Origin: an uncultured Actinomyces sp.
GTDB taxonomy: Bacteria; Actinomycetota; Actinomycetes; Actinomycetales; Actinomycetaceae
DNA length: 64,000 nucleotides
Assembly: GCF_900541895.1 (NCBI RefSeq)
Contig: NZ_UWSI01000001.1
Direction: 5' to 3' (one strand)
The notes below the pieces were generated by a model that searched no databases, was not told the origin of the DNA, and saw only the letters and a program-made list of their open reading frames with translations. Within the stretch, counting starts at the first letter, position 1. Each line of letters opens with the position of its first letter. Position numbers and translations under genes: made by a program. Positions 22,282 through 32,217 of this stretch are shown here, in pieces.

Positions 22282-23100
22282 ATGACGAATTCACTTTCCA
22301 CCGCACTGTCGGATATGCCCCCAATTAGCGCATGGCTGTCAGATATGGACGGTGTTCTTGTAAAAGAGAATCGCGCTCTTCCCGGTGCTCAGGACTTCAT
22401 CTCAGCGTTGGAAGAAAATGGGATCCCTTTCCTGGTCCTCACGAACAATTCGATCTTCACAAACCGTGACCTTTCTGCTCGGCTTGCGAACTCGGGCCTC
22501 AAGGTCCCCGAGGAACACATTTGGACCTCTGCCAATGCGACTGCCTCGTTCCTCTCTCAGCAGTCCCCCAACTCCACGGCGTATGTCATCGGCGAGGCGG
22601 GGCTGACGACGGCCCTCCACACCGCGGGCTACGTGATGACCGACCAAGACCCCGAATACGTCGTTCTTGGAGAGACTCGCTTCTATGACTTTTACGCACT
22701 CACCACTGCAATCCGCCTGATCGAACGCGGTGCAAAGTTTATTGCAACCAACCCGGATGTTTCGGGCCCTTCCGATGAGGGAACCCTACCTGCAGCAGGC
22801 TCCATCGCAGCAATGATCCAGGCAGCGACCGGCAAGGCTCCCTATTTCGTCGGTAAGCCGAACCCCGTTATGATTCGCGCCGGCCTCAACAAGATCGGTG
22901 CCCACTCCGAACAAGCTGCAATGGTTGGCGACCGCATGGATACGGATGTTCGCGCAGGTGTCGAGGCAGGCATGAGGACCTTCTTGGTGCTCTCGGGTTC
23001 AACGCACTCAGATGACGTGGCGAACTTCCCCTACCGTCCCTTCCGTATCTACAACGGAATTGGTGACCTGATCCGTTACGTCCAGCCCACATCCAACTGA
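22282..23100 (+). CDS. HAD-superfamily hydrolase, subfamily IIA (NagD-like sugar-phosphatase)
   Basis: Motif I DMDGVL, then LTNNS, K…GKP and GDRMDTD (motif IV) in HAD-IIA spacing. Confidence 0.8.
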   Translation: MTNSLSTALSDMPPISAWLSDMDGVLVKENRALPGAQDFISALEENGIPFLVLTNNSIFTNRDLSARLANSGLKVPEEHIWTSANATASFLSQQSPNSTAYVIGEAGLTTALHTAGYVMTDQDPEYVVLGETRFYDFYALTTAIRLIERGAKFIATNPDVSGPSDEGTLPAAGSIAAMIQAATGKAPYFVGKPNPVMIRAGLNKIGAHSEQAAMVGDRMDTDVRAGVEAGMRTFLVLSGSTHSDDVANFPYRPFRIYNGIGDLIRYVQPTSN

Positions 23101-23616
23101 ATGGGAACAATGATCACTCACGATCCTCAGCTCCTTGCCCTTCGTACGCTCACTGCACCGATACTGGACACCGAAGAACCACTGACGCACCTCAATGAGA
23201 TTTCTTTGAGCGCTCAAGGTGCAGCCGTGTGCGGTCACGTCCTCATTGACCTTCTTGAGGAAAACGACCTCGCAATCGGTGACTACGAAGTGGTGATCGC
23301 ACCCGAATGTGACGGCGCACTTGCTGCCGCAATGATTCACGCAGCAGGAGGGCGAGGGCTGGATCTGGATGCCGCACTTCTCCGTCCGGCTCAGGCGACG
23401 GCCTCGGACACTCCTTTCAATGGCGCACCCATCCACGGGCGCCCGGCGGTCCTTCTAGCGAACTCTTCTTTGGTCGACACCGCTGTGCTTCATGAAGCTG
23501 TTAAAGGCGCGGGCGCCACGGTGGTCGGAGTTGTTTCCCTTCTCCCCGACCCTTCGACCCGGGATTTCGCAAGCGAAGCCGGACTCACCTACTGCGTGCC
23601 ATCGCTTGCTGATTGA
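23101..23616 (+). CDS. hypothetical protein, possibly phosphoribosyltransferase-like fold
   Basis: ATG overlaps the HAD gene stop. …VLLANSSLVDTAVLHEAVKGAGATVVGVVSLL is reminiscent of the PRTase PRPP-binding loop. Weak. Confidence 0.3.
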   Translation: MGTMITHDPQLLALRTLTAPILDTEEPLTHLNEISLSAQGAAVCGHVLIDLLEENDLAIGDYEVVIAPECDGALAAAMIHAAGGRGLDLDAALLRPAQATASDTPFNGAPIHGRPAVLLANSSLVDTAVLHEAVKGAGATVVGVVSLLPDPSTRDFASEAGLTYCVPSLAD

Positions 23617-23695
23617 TCACCAAAATGGTCATCATTACGTGACGTATGACATATAATTATGCGTACTCAATCCGTGAAGACAACGAGGTCTGCCC

Positions 23696-25168
23696 ATGGT
23701 ACGCCGCAACCGCAGTACTGCATCTGTATCTATTAACCCGCGCTCCGCGCAGAACATGTCGACCCGACCGGCTGACTTTTCTGCGACCAAGCAACGCCTG
23801 AGCCCCTTCAAGGTATTTGGAGCTGTGGGCGCACTGATATCGATCATCACCTGTCTGCTCATCCAGCTGCCGGGCCTCGATGCCTCGGGAACCAGAATGT
23901 TTGGGATCTTCTTGGCGGCAATTCTCTTGTGGGTCACCGAGGCCGTCCCGCTTGCGGGTACCGCGGTCCTGGTGATTTTCCTTGAGGTCCTCTTCATCTC
24001 TGACCATGCTCTTTTGAGCATCCCCGAAAAAGCCCCCGCCTACACAAAGTTCTTTGGAGCTCTAGCCAACCCAGTCATCATCCTCTTCTTGGGCGGGTTC
24101 ATGGTTGCCGACGGAGCTGCGAAGTACAAGGTCGACCGCGCTCTCTCCGCAGTGCTGCTGAAACCATTCATTGGCAAGCCGCGACTGACCGTCATGGGCG
24201 TCATGCTCATCACCGCAATCATGAGCATGTTCATGTCAAACACCGCAACGACGGCGACCATGTTTGCCGTCATGATGCCGGTCATCATGGCCCTTCCCGA
24301 AGGTAAGGCACGAACAGGTATCGCCTTATCGATCCCGGTTGCTGCGAATGTTGGAGGCATGGGAACACCTGTTGGCACTCCCCCGAACGCCATCGCCCTG
24401 GGCGCCTTGGAAAACGCGGGTATTAAAGTCACCTTCTTCCAATGGATGCTGGCAGCCGTCCCGCTCATGTTGGTTCTTCTGGTACTGTCATGGGCATTCA
24501 TCGCGTGGCGCTACATTCCGTCCAACGCAAAGTTTGACATTGACACCTCTGCACAATTTGAGAAGTCAAAGAGCGCCATCATTTTCTACGCGGTCGCAGG
24601 CCTGACGATCCTTCTGTGGATGACCGAATCTCTGCATCACATCTCCTCCAATATCGTTGGCTTCCTCCCCGTCGTCATTCTGCTCATGACCAAGGTGATG
24701 AGCGGTGATGACCTGCGCGCATTGGATTGGCCTGTTCTGTGGCTCGTTGCCGGAGGCATCGCGCTCGGTTCCGGTGTCAGCGCGACCGGCTTGGACAAAT
24801 GGATGCTCGGTTCAATCCAGTGGGCCTCGATCCCAGGTGCGCTGCTCATTCTGGTTCTGGCTCTGGTCGGATGGGTCACCTCAAACGTCATCTCCCACTC
24901 GGCTTCGGCGAACCTTCTGGTCCCCATGGGTATGGGCCTAGCATCCACGGTATCGACAGGTGCCGCAGAGATCGCTATGGTCATTGCCCTCGGCTGCTCG
25001 CTGGGCATGTGCCTACCGATTTCGACCCCTCCGAACGCGATTGCCTACTCAACAGGAACCACCCCGACAAAGGAAATGGCCATCGTTGGCATCATCGTCG
25101 GCGTTGTCGGCATCATCCTTCTGTCCTTCGTCGCACCTTTAACTTGGGGTGCGATAGGGGTGATGTAG
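23696..25168 (+). CDS. DASS/SLC13-type (divalent anion:Na+ symporter family) membrane transporter
   Basis: About 12 TM segments with duplicated SNTATTA-type hairpin motifs (MSMFMSNTATTATMF and …ISHSASANLLVPMG). The true start may be an internal Met (for example MSTRP at 23756). Confidence 0.7.
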   Translation: MVRRNRSTASVSINPRSAQNMSTRPADFSATKQRLSPFKVFGAVGALISIITCLLIQLPGLDASGTRMFGIFLAAILLWVTEAVPLAGTAVLVIFLEVLFISDHALLSIPEKAPAYTKFFGALANPVIILFLGGFMVADGAAKYKVDRALSAVLLKPFIGKPRLTVMGVMLITAIMSMFMSNTATTATMFAVMMPVIMALPEGKARTGIALSIPVAANVGGMGTPVGTPPNAIALGALENAGIKVTFFQWMLAAVPLMLVLLVLSWAFIAWRYIPSNAKFDIDTSAQFEKSKSAIIFYAVAGLTILLWMTESLHHISSNIVGFLPVVILLMTKVMSGDDLRALDWPVLWLVAGGIALGSGVSATGLDKWMLGSIQWASIPGALLILVLALVGWVTSNVISHSASANLLVPMGMGLASTVSTGAAEIAMVIALGCSLGMCLPISTPPNAIAYSTGTTPTKEMAIVGIIVGVVGIILLSFVAPLTWGAIGVM

Positions 25169-27271
25169 GTGTCTTTCCCCCCAGCCGAGGCCTCTTCCGC
25201 GAGCGCACCTGGGCTTGCGCACGGGTGGACGCAAGGCCCTGCGCAAGGAGATGCTCAGATTCTTGAACGAACCGATGTCCGCAGTGGTGGGCACCGGGTG
25301 GGCTATCACATTCATGTCCTAGTAGTTGGGGATAATTCCCGCCAAATTGCCGCTCCTCTCACGCGCGATCTCACGCAGTCTTTCCCAAACCTCTGCTTTG
25401 ATCGCATCCAGGATCTCAACGATCTGGGCGTCTTCCTCGAGGACCTAGGGGATGATGACCATGTGGTCTTGGGAGTTGCAACCAGCGAGGTCCCCAATGT
25501 CGATGCCCTGATTGAATCTGCGCGCGCCTCCTCTCTCATGGCGTCGACACAGTGGATGCTCGTGAGCGACCAAGAAATTCATACCGACCTCGCGGTATGT
25601 ACGGAATCGGGACATTTAGCCTCGGTCGTGCGCTCCCCGTGGACAGTCCCCTTACTGTCCGGCCAGGCGTATTCAACCATGCGCCGTTACCTCGAGGAAT
25701 GTGGGTACTGCGGAGGAGAGATCCTCACTCTCATCCAGGGCGCGCCTTCTTTCGCGGTTCAAGGGCCTATCCTTGAAGGCCTAGATCTCAATGAGGCTCA
25801 GGTTGTTCGCGAGTTACTTGAAGGTGTCGAGAGGGTCCTGGGGCCTCGGCCTCGGATCATTCTCCCAAGGGGAACTCACCTGCTGACGCAGGGCCACAGA
25901 GTCGAAGCGGTTCACCTGGTCCTCGAGGGGACGGTTTCGCTCCACCGCGACTCACGCCACGGCGAGGTCCTTGCCCACCTTGCGACCTCGGGCCCGCTCA
26001 TTGGTCTTATTTCGCTTGCACGAGGCGAGAATGCTTTTTTTACCGCTTTGACGACAAGCGAAGCAACGGTGGTGCGTCTGACCACCGAACAGCTTCAGAT
26101 CGCCTTGACGGAAGATCCATCAATTTCGACGGTTTTAACTGCGTTGGCAATTCGTTCACTGACGCGACGTCTCATGCGAGCCGAGGACCTTCATGTTGAA
26201 AATGCGATGTTGGCTGAAGACTTGGAGCGTCAAAAAGAAGAACTGGCGGCTACCTTGGAAGACCTGCGTGCAACGCGCGCAAAGCTTGTCGAAGGCGCGC
26301 GTTTTGCCATGCTCGGCGAACTCAGCGCTGGAATTGCCCACGAACTCAATAATCCCGTCACCGCCCTTTTGAGGGCGGCCGGGCATCTTCGCGAAGATAC
26401 CGAGGACGTGGTTAGTTCACCCGAACCGGAGGCATGTCTCAAGGCGCTCAATTCTGCGATGGACCTTCCGCCCCTTTCAACCGCTCGCGAAAGGGAATTA
26501 CAAAAGGAATTCTTGCCAATCCTTCACGATCGCAGCGTTATTCGGCAGCTGATCCGCGCGGGGCTGAGCGAGCGCGAGCAGGCGCAAAAGCTCGCAGATG
26601 ATCCCAAGCAGCTGCTTGCCTTCCAGACAGGAGCTCGATTAGGAAGCTCCCTACGATCAGTCCTGGCATCTGGTGAGCGCATCATCGCACTCACGCAGTC
26701 ATTAAAGGGCTACGCGCGCCCTGATGCCGATGAGCGCAAAGAGGTCGATGTTCGGCGCGGGATCGATGATGTACTGCGATTAACCTCGCACCGGGTTCAC
26801 GGGATTGATGTCGTCTGCGAATACGAGGATGTGGAGCCGGTCCTCGCCCACCCCAGCAAATTGCAGCAGGTCTGGACCAATCTCATTGTGAACGCGGCTG
26901 AAGCAATCGAGGACGAGGCCGCAGACCTCAAGGCGCGCGCAGAGGCCAGTCCGGCCTCGGGAATTCACCTTCCCGCGCGCGGCCATGACGAAGCGCGAAT
27001 TACCATCCGAGTAGCAATGGATGGAGATCAGGTCGAGGTCCAAATCAGTGATAACGGCCCCGGTATTGCACCCGAGGTTTTGGACCGTATTATGGAACCA
27101 CATTTCACAACGAAGGCTGGCCGCGTGCGCTTCGGCTTGGGAATGGGCATGTCCATCGTCCACTCGATCATCGCTGATTTGGATGGGCGACTACTCATTG
27201 ACTCTCACCCGGGATCCACTACGATACGGATCCTTATTCCAGCACACCATGTACACGAGGAGGAATCATGA
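25169..27271 (+). CDS. sensor histidine kinase with cyclic-nucleotide-binding (CAP-like) domain
   Basis: The central region (about aa 215-330, RIILPRGTHLLTQGHRVEAVHLVLEGTVSL…TEQLQIALTEDP) matches the cNMP-binding beta-roll. It is followed by a coiled coil, HisKA H-box (AGIAHELNNP) and HATPase_c (N-box VNAAEA, G1 DNGPGI, G2 GLGMGMS). GTG start abuts the transporter stop. Confidence 0.85.
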   Translation: MSFPPAEASSASAPGLAHGWTQGPAQGDAQILERTDVRSGGHRVGYHIHVLVVGDNSRQIAAPLTRDLTQSFPNLCFDRIQDLNDLGVFLEDLGDDDHVVLGVATSEVPNVDALIESARASSLMASTQWMLVSDQEIHTDLAVCTESGHLASVVRSPWTVPLLSGQAYSTMRRYLEECGYCGGEILTLIQGAPSFAVQGPILEGLDLNEAQVVRELLEGVERVLGPRPRIILPRGTHLLTQGHRVEAVHLVLEGTVSLHRDSRHGEVLAHLATSGPLIGLISLARGENAFFTALTTSEATVVRLTTEQLQIALTEDPSISTVLTALAIRSLTRRLMRAEDLHVENAMLAEDLERQKEELAATLEDLRATRAKLVEGARFAMLGELSAGIAHELNNPVTALLRAAGHLREDTEDVVSSPEPEACLKALNSAMDLPPLSTARERELQKEFLPILHDRSVIRQLIRAGLSEREQAQKLADDPKQLLAFQTGARLGSSLRSVLASGERIIALTQSLKGYARPDADERKEVDVRRGIDDVLRLTSHRVHGIDVVCEYEDVEPVLAHPSKLQQVWTNLIVNAAEAIEDEAADLKARAEASPASGIHLPARGHDEARITIRVAMDGDQVEVQISDNGPGIAPEVLDRIMEPHFTTKAGRVRFGLGMGMSIVHSIIADLDGRLLIDSHPGSTTIRILIPAHHVHEEES

Positions 27272-27738
27272 CGCTGACCATTTTGTCCCTCGAAGACGAG
27301 GCCGATATTCGTCAGGCGCTAGAACGTGACCTTGAGGAATTCGACGGTCGCGTCCGTTTGGAATTGGCAGAAGACGCCTCCGATGCGTGGAGCGTTATCG
27401 ACGAAATCAACTCGGACGGGGATGAGCTCGCCCTGGTCCTCTCCGATCATCGCCTACCGGGAAAGTCGGGTGTCGATTTCCTTGTTGAGCTGACAGCAGA
27501 CCCACGGTTTAGTTCGACTCGCACGGTGTTGGTCACGGGACAGGCCGATCAAAGCGACACCATCAAGGCGCTGAACCAAGCCGGTTTGGATTACTACATT
27601 GCCAAGCCTTGGGATCCACAAACGCTTCGAAACGTTGTCCGAGAGCAGCTCACTGACTATGTGCTTGAGACCGGAATCGACCCTCTTCCCTACATGCCCA
27701 TACTCGACGCAGTTCGAATCATGGAATCGATTCGGTAG
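27268..27738 (+). CDS. single-domain response regulator (receiver only, CheY-like)
   Basis: Start overlaps the HK stop (ATGA). Receiver motifs LEDEAD, LVLSDHRLPG (phospho-Asp), T…VLVTG, and a K in YYIAKPW. Confidence 0.8.
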   Translation: MTLTILSLEDEADIRQALERDLEEFDGRVRLELAEDASDAWSVIDEINSDGDELALVLSDHRLPGKSGVDFLVELTADPRFSSTRTVLVTGQADQSDTIKALNQAGLDYYIAKPWDPQTLRNVVREQLTDYVLETGIDPLPYMPILDAVRIMESIR

Positions 27739-27752
27739 CGAAATAAACTGAA

Positions 27753-27786
27753 GTGCCCCGGTTGGAGATGCGTTCAACCGGGGCAC
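27753..27786. terminator. bidirectional hairpin terminator between the RR gene and the convergent surface-protein gene
   Basis: GTGCCCCGGTTG-gagatgcgtt-CAACCGGGGCAC, a perfect 12-bp stem. Confidence 0.6.
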
Positions 27787-27796
27787 TTGCTTGTTG

Positions 27797-30586
27797 TCAG
27801 TGTCTTCTACGAATCAGCAGGGCAGCGCCAGCACCCAGCACAATTGCCAGTGCCGCCGCAGGAATCCACCACCAGCGTGGGACTTGCGACACGGTTGATT
27901 CGCCGGCCTCATCATTGCTCAGCTGAGCTGCTTGAGCTGCAGAATCTGAATCAGCAGCCGGACTTTCACTGACCGTCGGAGTGCTCGTTGGCTCTGCTGA
28001 GGCAGCCAATGGGACAGCCCCGCCGCCACCGCTTACTCCCCCAAGAACGCGTCGGGAACCCGAAGAGTTAGAGCGCGAGCCGAGCAAGCGTTCACCCGCA
28101 CTCACTTGCCCCAGAGTATTGCTCGGTGGGGTCGTAGTCGTTTGAGCGTCTGGCTGAGCCGCTGGGGTTTCCGAGAGCTTTGGATCTGCAGCCGAAGGAC
28201 TCGCCGCAGGAGTGGGCGCAGATTCTGTCGAGGCAGGTGTCGGAGCACTTGTTTGATCCGGCGTTGGCGCCGGTGCTACTGAGGGAGTGTCTACTGAGGG
28301 ACTGGGCGAAGGAATCGGCTGCTCAGAGGGCTGTTCACTTGAGGGCGCGGGCGTGGGGACCGCGGCCTCGTGAACGGATACGTTCCAGCTCACCGGTGCA
28401 GCGATCTCTTTGTCTCCATCGAGCGCACGAATCTGTAGTCGATAGTGACCGGGGCGCGAGAACACCCAGTTTGCGTGCATGTGAGTCGGCGAGTCAGTGT
28501 GAATGAGCGACTTTGCGGGGTCTGCAGAGTCGACCATGATATTTGCCGGGCCACCGAAGGTTCCTCCCTGGAAGAAGGAAACTCTCGAATCCTTCGGAGA
28601 TTCCACGACCTTCAGCTCATAATCGATTCCCTTGGGGAATTGAGAATAGTCGATACCTTCCGTGCTAACCCCAGGCCAGACGATGTCGGGATTTTGAGTT
28701 TCAGGAAGCACATAGCTGGATTCGCCAATTGCGCCCAGAACGTCATAACTGGGATCAGAGAGGCTCTGAGGACGGGTGAAGCGCGCGTTGACACCGACCT
28801 TCCACGTTACTGAATCTATTGCACGCATGACTGAGGTCTTCTCTCCCGTTAGGGAATCATCCTTCAGCACCAGTGAGTAGTTCGTGGGGGCGCCAGAATC
28901 CACGCGAAGACGCAGATCCATATGGCCGCGTGCGAGTTCGACCGGATTGGTCTTCAGGGCATCAGCCGCGTGATCGTTACTGGTATCAGGAATATTTGGT
29001 GCGGGAGAAGGCGTCGGCGCCGGAGAAGGAAGCAACGGTTCACTGGTTGGTGCGGGAGCCGGTTCAGCAGGGCTGCCACCCGGCCACATCTTCAACTTCA
29101 GATCCATTCCGAATGAGGAGGATAGCTCCACATCTTCCTGCGCCTTCGTGGTCATGGATGCCAAAGACTTGGGGTGCGGGCGAACACTAAATTTCATGTA
29201 CATGGGCTGCCCCATGCAGGCACCCAAATCTTGCTGCTGAATATCAATTCCCCCCTTTCCAAGAGTGCCTTCAATGGCACACCAAGGGGAAAAGTCATAT
29301 TCGCTTTCGAAGAACTCAACCTTATAGGCAGCACGCAATTCGGGGTCGTCAGCCTGGACCTGAACTGTGTACTGGTCTTCGCTTCCTTCCTTACGGATAT
29401 AGGAGACATGAACGCCCGGGCGCGAGACTGAAATCTGCGCGGGATCCCAAACGGGACTCGGATCCGGATTAGAAGGCTCTATGATGACCGAACTCGCTCG
29501 GGTGACACGCACCTGCGCACGGTCGCGCTGAGAGAAGGCCTGAGGCGTCGATGCCCAGCGCGCACTACCGCTTCCAGCCTCGGGAATAAAGACCGCCTGA
29601 ACCAGCGCATCATCGTCACCCAGAAGTTCACGCACCTGCGCTTTCCCGTCAACCACGGGTTCTTCGGTGAGGAAGTATCCGTTGACGGTCAACCAGAGGC
29701 GACCGCGATCTGTTGAGTGACCACTATTGAAGGTGATCTCAGTCAGGTGCTGGTCTCCGGGGTGTTCACGCTGCGAGTTGGGAGCAAGCGTCAACGAGGG
29801 CTGCGCCTGAACGCCATCGCTGCGCTGTGCCTGTGCAGCAGCAAATGCCTGGTGAATATCTGTGATGCTTCCGGAAGAGGGGTTAGATCCACCGACCTGC
29901 CAGGTCAGCGACTGGATGGGCGAGGTGTAGATCGTTTTCCCATCGATCGAACGAGCATTCACACGGAAGCGCGCTTGGTAGCGCCCCGGTTGTGTGAAGG
30001 TCGTGAAAAGGTGCGTGTGACGCGGGTTGTAGACCGATCGATAGGCGATATCGTGGCTCGACAGGAAACGCGACACCGAGTCTCCGTGATCGATAAACAT
30101 CTCCATCCGGCCCGGACCGTCAACATTAATCAGGTCTAGGGTATAGGTGCTTCCATCAAATTCATCAGGCGCTGCCCATTCAACAGAGGAGTCTGCGCCG
30201 AGGCCCGCCCAAATTGGAGTGTTGTTGGGACCAGGGTTTTGCGGGGCTGCGTTGAGGACTGAATGCTCAGGACCAAGGAAGGCGAGGTCAGGACGCTTTT
30301 CAGGGATCTCTAATTGATACTTCGCTTCTTGCGCTCCGCTGCCCGCCCAGGCTTTAGGAAGCCAGAGAACGGTCTTTTCCATCGGCATATTGATGGTGTT
30401 CATCGTGAAACTATGCGTATCCGCATGCCAGATTGGAATGGGGGCATCGACGTGTTGACCGGTAACGACCCATTCGGCATCGCGATCAGGCCCAGCCCAT
30501 GCGAGCTGGGGCATAAGGGCAATGGTCAGGGCTAGGGCTCCGGTAGAAATGATCCTCTTTACTCTCATAATGAGAATCATTATCAC
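27797..30586 (-). CDS. large cell-surface protein with repeated choice-of-anchor-M-like (HxD…W…PG.Y) domains and C-terminal TM anchor
   Basis: 929 aa with a signal peptide. At least 4 repeated modules carry HxD/HTD…W…F..PG.Y(R/Q)….R(A/V) signatures (for example HVDAPIPIWH…, PRHTHLFTTFTQPGRYQARFRV, GHMDLRLRV…, HTDSPTHMHANWVFSRPGHYRLQIRAL). It has Pro/Ser/Ala-rich linkers and a C-terminal hydrophobic segment plus RRRH, but no LPXTG. Confidence 0.5.
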   Translation of the reverse strand: MIMILIMRVKRIISTGALALTIALMPQLAWAGPDRDAEWVVTGQHVDAPIPIWHADTHSFTMNTINMPMEKTVLWLPKAWAGSGAQEAKYQLEIPEKRPDLAFLGPEHSVLNAAPQNPGPNNTPIWAGLGADSSVEWAAPDEFDGSTYTLDLINVDGPGRMEMFIDHGDSVSRFLSSHDIAYRSVYNPRHTHLFTTFTQPGRYQARFRVNARSIDGKTIYTSPIQSLTWQVGGSNPSSGSITDIHQAFAAAQAQRSDGVQAQPSLTLAPNSQREHPGDQHLTEITFNSGHSTDRGRLWLTVNGYFLTEEPVVDGKAQVRELLGDDDALVQAVFIPEAGSGSARWASTPQAFSQRDRAQVRVTRASSVIIEPSNPDPSPVWDPAQISVSRPGVHVSYIRKEGSEDQYTVQVQADDPELRAAYKVEFFESEYDFSPWCAIEGTLGKGGIDIQQQDLGACMGQPMYMKFSVRPHPKSLASMTTKAQEDVELSSSFGMDLKLKMWPGGSPAEPAPAPTSEPLLPSPAPTPSPAPNIPDTSNDHAADALKTNPVELARGHMDLRLRVDSGAPTNYSLVLKDDSLTGEKTSVMRAIDSVTWKVGVNARFTRPQSLSDPSYDVLGAIGESSYVLPETQNPDIVWPGVSTEGIDYSQFPKGIDYELKVVESPKDSRVSFFQGGTFGGPANIMVDSADPAKSLIHTDSPTHMHANWVFSRPGHYRLQIRALDGDKEIAAPVSWNVSVHEAAVPTPAPSSEQPSEQPIPSPSPSVDTPSVAPAPTPDQTSAPTPASTESAPTPAASPSAADPKLSETPAAQPDAQTTTTPPSNTLGQVSAGERLLGSRSNSSGSRRVLGGVSGGGGAVPLAASAEPTSTPTVSESPAADSDSAAQAAQLSNDEAGESTVSQVPRWWWIPAAALAIVLGAGAALLIRRRH

Positions 30587-30631
30587 AAAAGAAGTATGTG
30601 AGCGTCAATTCCTCCCTGAGCACACAAAACA

Positions 30632-31402
30632 CTACATATGCGGAAGCAAGCGCATGACGCGGCGCGTGACCCAACGCGGCGCAACTCGCATTGCAGCCAT
30701 TGCCACCTTGTAGACCGGCGTGGGAGTCACCAATACCTGACCGCGTCGCATCGCAGCCAAAGCCTCGGTCACGACCTGTTCTGAGGTTGCCCACAACAAG
30801 TGAGGCGCTGCGGACATGTCGACGCCTGCGGCCTCGAAAAAGTTCGTGTGCACCGGTCCAGGGCATACTGCTGTCACGGTGACGCCACTGCCCCGAAGTT
30901 CCTCCGATAGCCCCTCACTGAATGCACGAATCCACGCCTTATGCGCGCTATACGTCCCCGCGCCAGTCTCTGATGCAACCGAGGAAATATTGATGATGGC
31001 TCCCCGTCCACGCGCACGCATGGCCTTGCATGCAGCATAGGAAAGAACCATGGGCGCACGAACCATAACATCCAGAGCGTTTTCTTCGGCCTCAATGGCG
31101 TTATCGATAAATGAGCACCCCAGTGCAAAACCAGCGTTATTCACCAACAAACCAACGGGCGATTGCTCATCTGACAAACGCTGAGCAACACGCTCAACAT
31201 CACCAGCAACGCCTAGATCAGCAACGATCACTTCCGCATTGACTCCAGCGATCTGATGCAAATCCTCAGCGAGCTTACGCAGCTTCTCTTCGCGCCGCGC
31301 CACGAGGACCAGGTCGTGATGAGCCGCTGCTAGCTGCCAGCAAAATTCTTCGCCAATACCCGAGGTTGCTCCGGTCACAAGTGCGATACCCATGGCCATC
31401 AT
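30632..31402 (-). CDS. short-chain dehydrogenase/reductase (SDR)
   Basis: TGATSGIG cofactor motif, NNAG, S…Y…K catalytic triad (YSAHK). Confidence 0.85.
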   Translation of the reverse strand: MMAMGIALVTGATSGIGEEFCWQLAAAHHDLVLVARREEKLRKLAEDLHQIAGVNAEVIVADLGVAGDVERVAQRLSDEQSPVGLLVNNAGFALGCSFIDNAIEAEENALDVMVRAPMVLSYAACKAMRARGRGAIINISSVASETGAGTYSAHKAWIRAFSEGLSEELRGSGVTVTAVCPGPVHTNFFEAAGVDMSAAPHLLWATSEQVVTEALAAMRRGQVLVTPTPVYKVAMAAMRVAPRWVTRRVMRLLPHM

Positions 31403-31431
31403 CTTAACGACCTTTGCGTATGCTGGATTGC

Positions 31432-32217
31432 ATGAGGCTTGCAACTTGGAACGTTAACTCAATTCGTACACGCGTCGACCGCGTCATCGCTTTCCTTGAG
31501 CGCGCCAATATCGACGTCTTGGCAATGCAGGAAATTAAGTGCAAGCCCGAGCAATTCCCAGTTGAAGCCTTCGAGGCCGCCGGTTACCAGGTGATCATGC
31601 ACGGCCTGAACCAGTGGAATGGCGTCGCTATCGCCTCGCGCCTCCCGATCGTTTCACACGAGGTGAATTTCCCGGGACAACCTGCCTTCGGTGACCCCGC
31701 AGTTGTCGAGGCCCGCGCTCTGGGCGTCACAGTACGTGACGGCGACCAAGAAGTGACAACGTGGAGCCTCTACGTTCCGAACGGACGCGAGCTCGACCAT
31801 CCGCACTACTCCTACAAGCTCGAATGGCTCAAAGCCCTACTCACAGTTGGAGATTCTTGGCTTGAAGAAAAACGCCAAATTGCACTGGTTGGCGACTGGA
31901 ATATCGCACCCTACGATCATGACGTTTGGGATGTAACCGCTTTCGAAGGTCAGACACACGTCTCCCCTGCCGAACGAGATGCCTTTTTCGCTTTCGCTCA
32001 ACACGGCTGGGAAGAGGTTACCCGCGAGCGCGTCGATCAATACACCTACTGGGACTACCAGAAACTTCGCTTCCCCAAAAATGAGGGAATGCGCATCGAC
32101 TTTATCTACGCCTCGCCCGAGCTTGCGCAACGCGTCACCGCAGCAGAAATTGATCGTGACGAACGCAAGGGAAAGGGCGCTTCTGATCACGTTCCCGTGA
32201 TCATTGACCTCGCATAG
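31432..32217 (+). CDS. xth: exodeoxyribonuclease III
   Basis: MRLATWNVNSIRTR…DVLAMQEIK…GDWNIAP…SDHVPV shows the EEP-family ExoIII motifs. Confidence 0.9.
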   Translation: MRLATWNVNSIRTRVDRVIAFLERANIDVLAMQEIKCKPEQFPVEAFEAAGYQVIMHGLNQWNGVAIASRLPIVSHEVNFPGQPAFGDPAVVEARALGVTVRDGDQEVTTWSLYVPNGRELDHPHYSYKLEWLKALLTVGDSWLEEKRQIALVGDWNIAPYDHDVWDVTAFEGQTHVSPAERDAFFAFAQHGWEEVTRERVDQYTYWDYQKLRFPKNEGMRIDFIYASPELAQRVTAAEIDRDERKGKGASDHVPVIIDLA

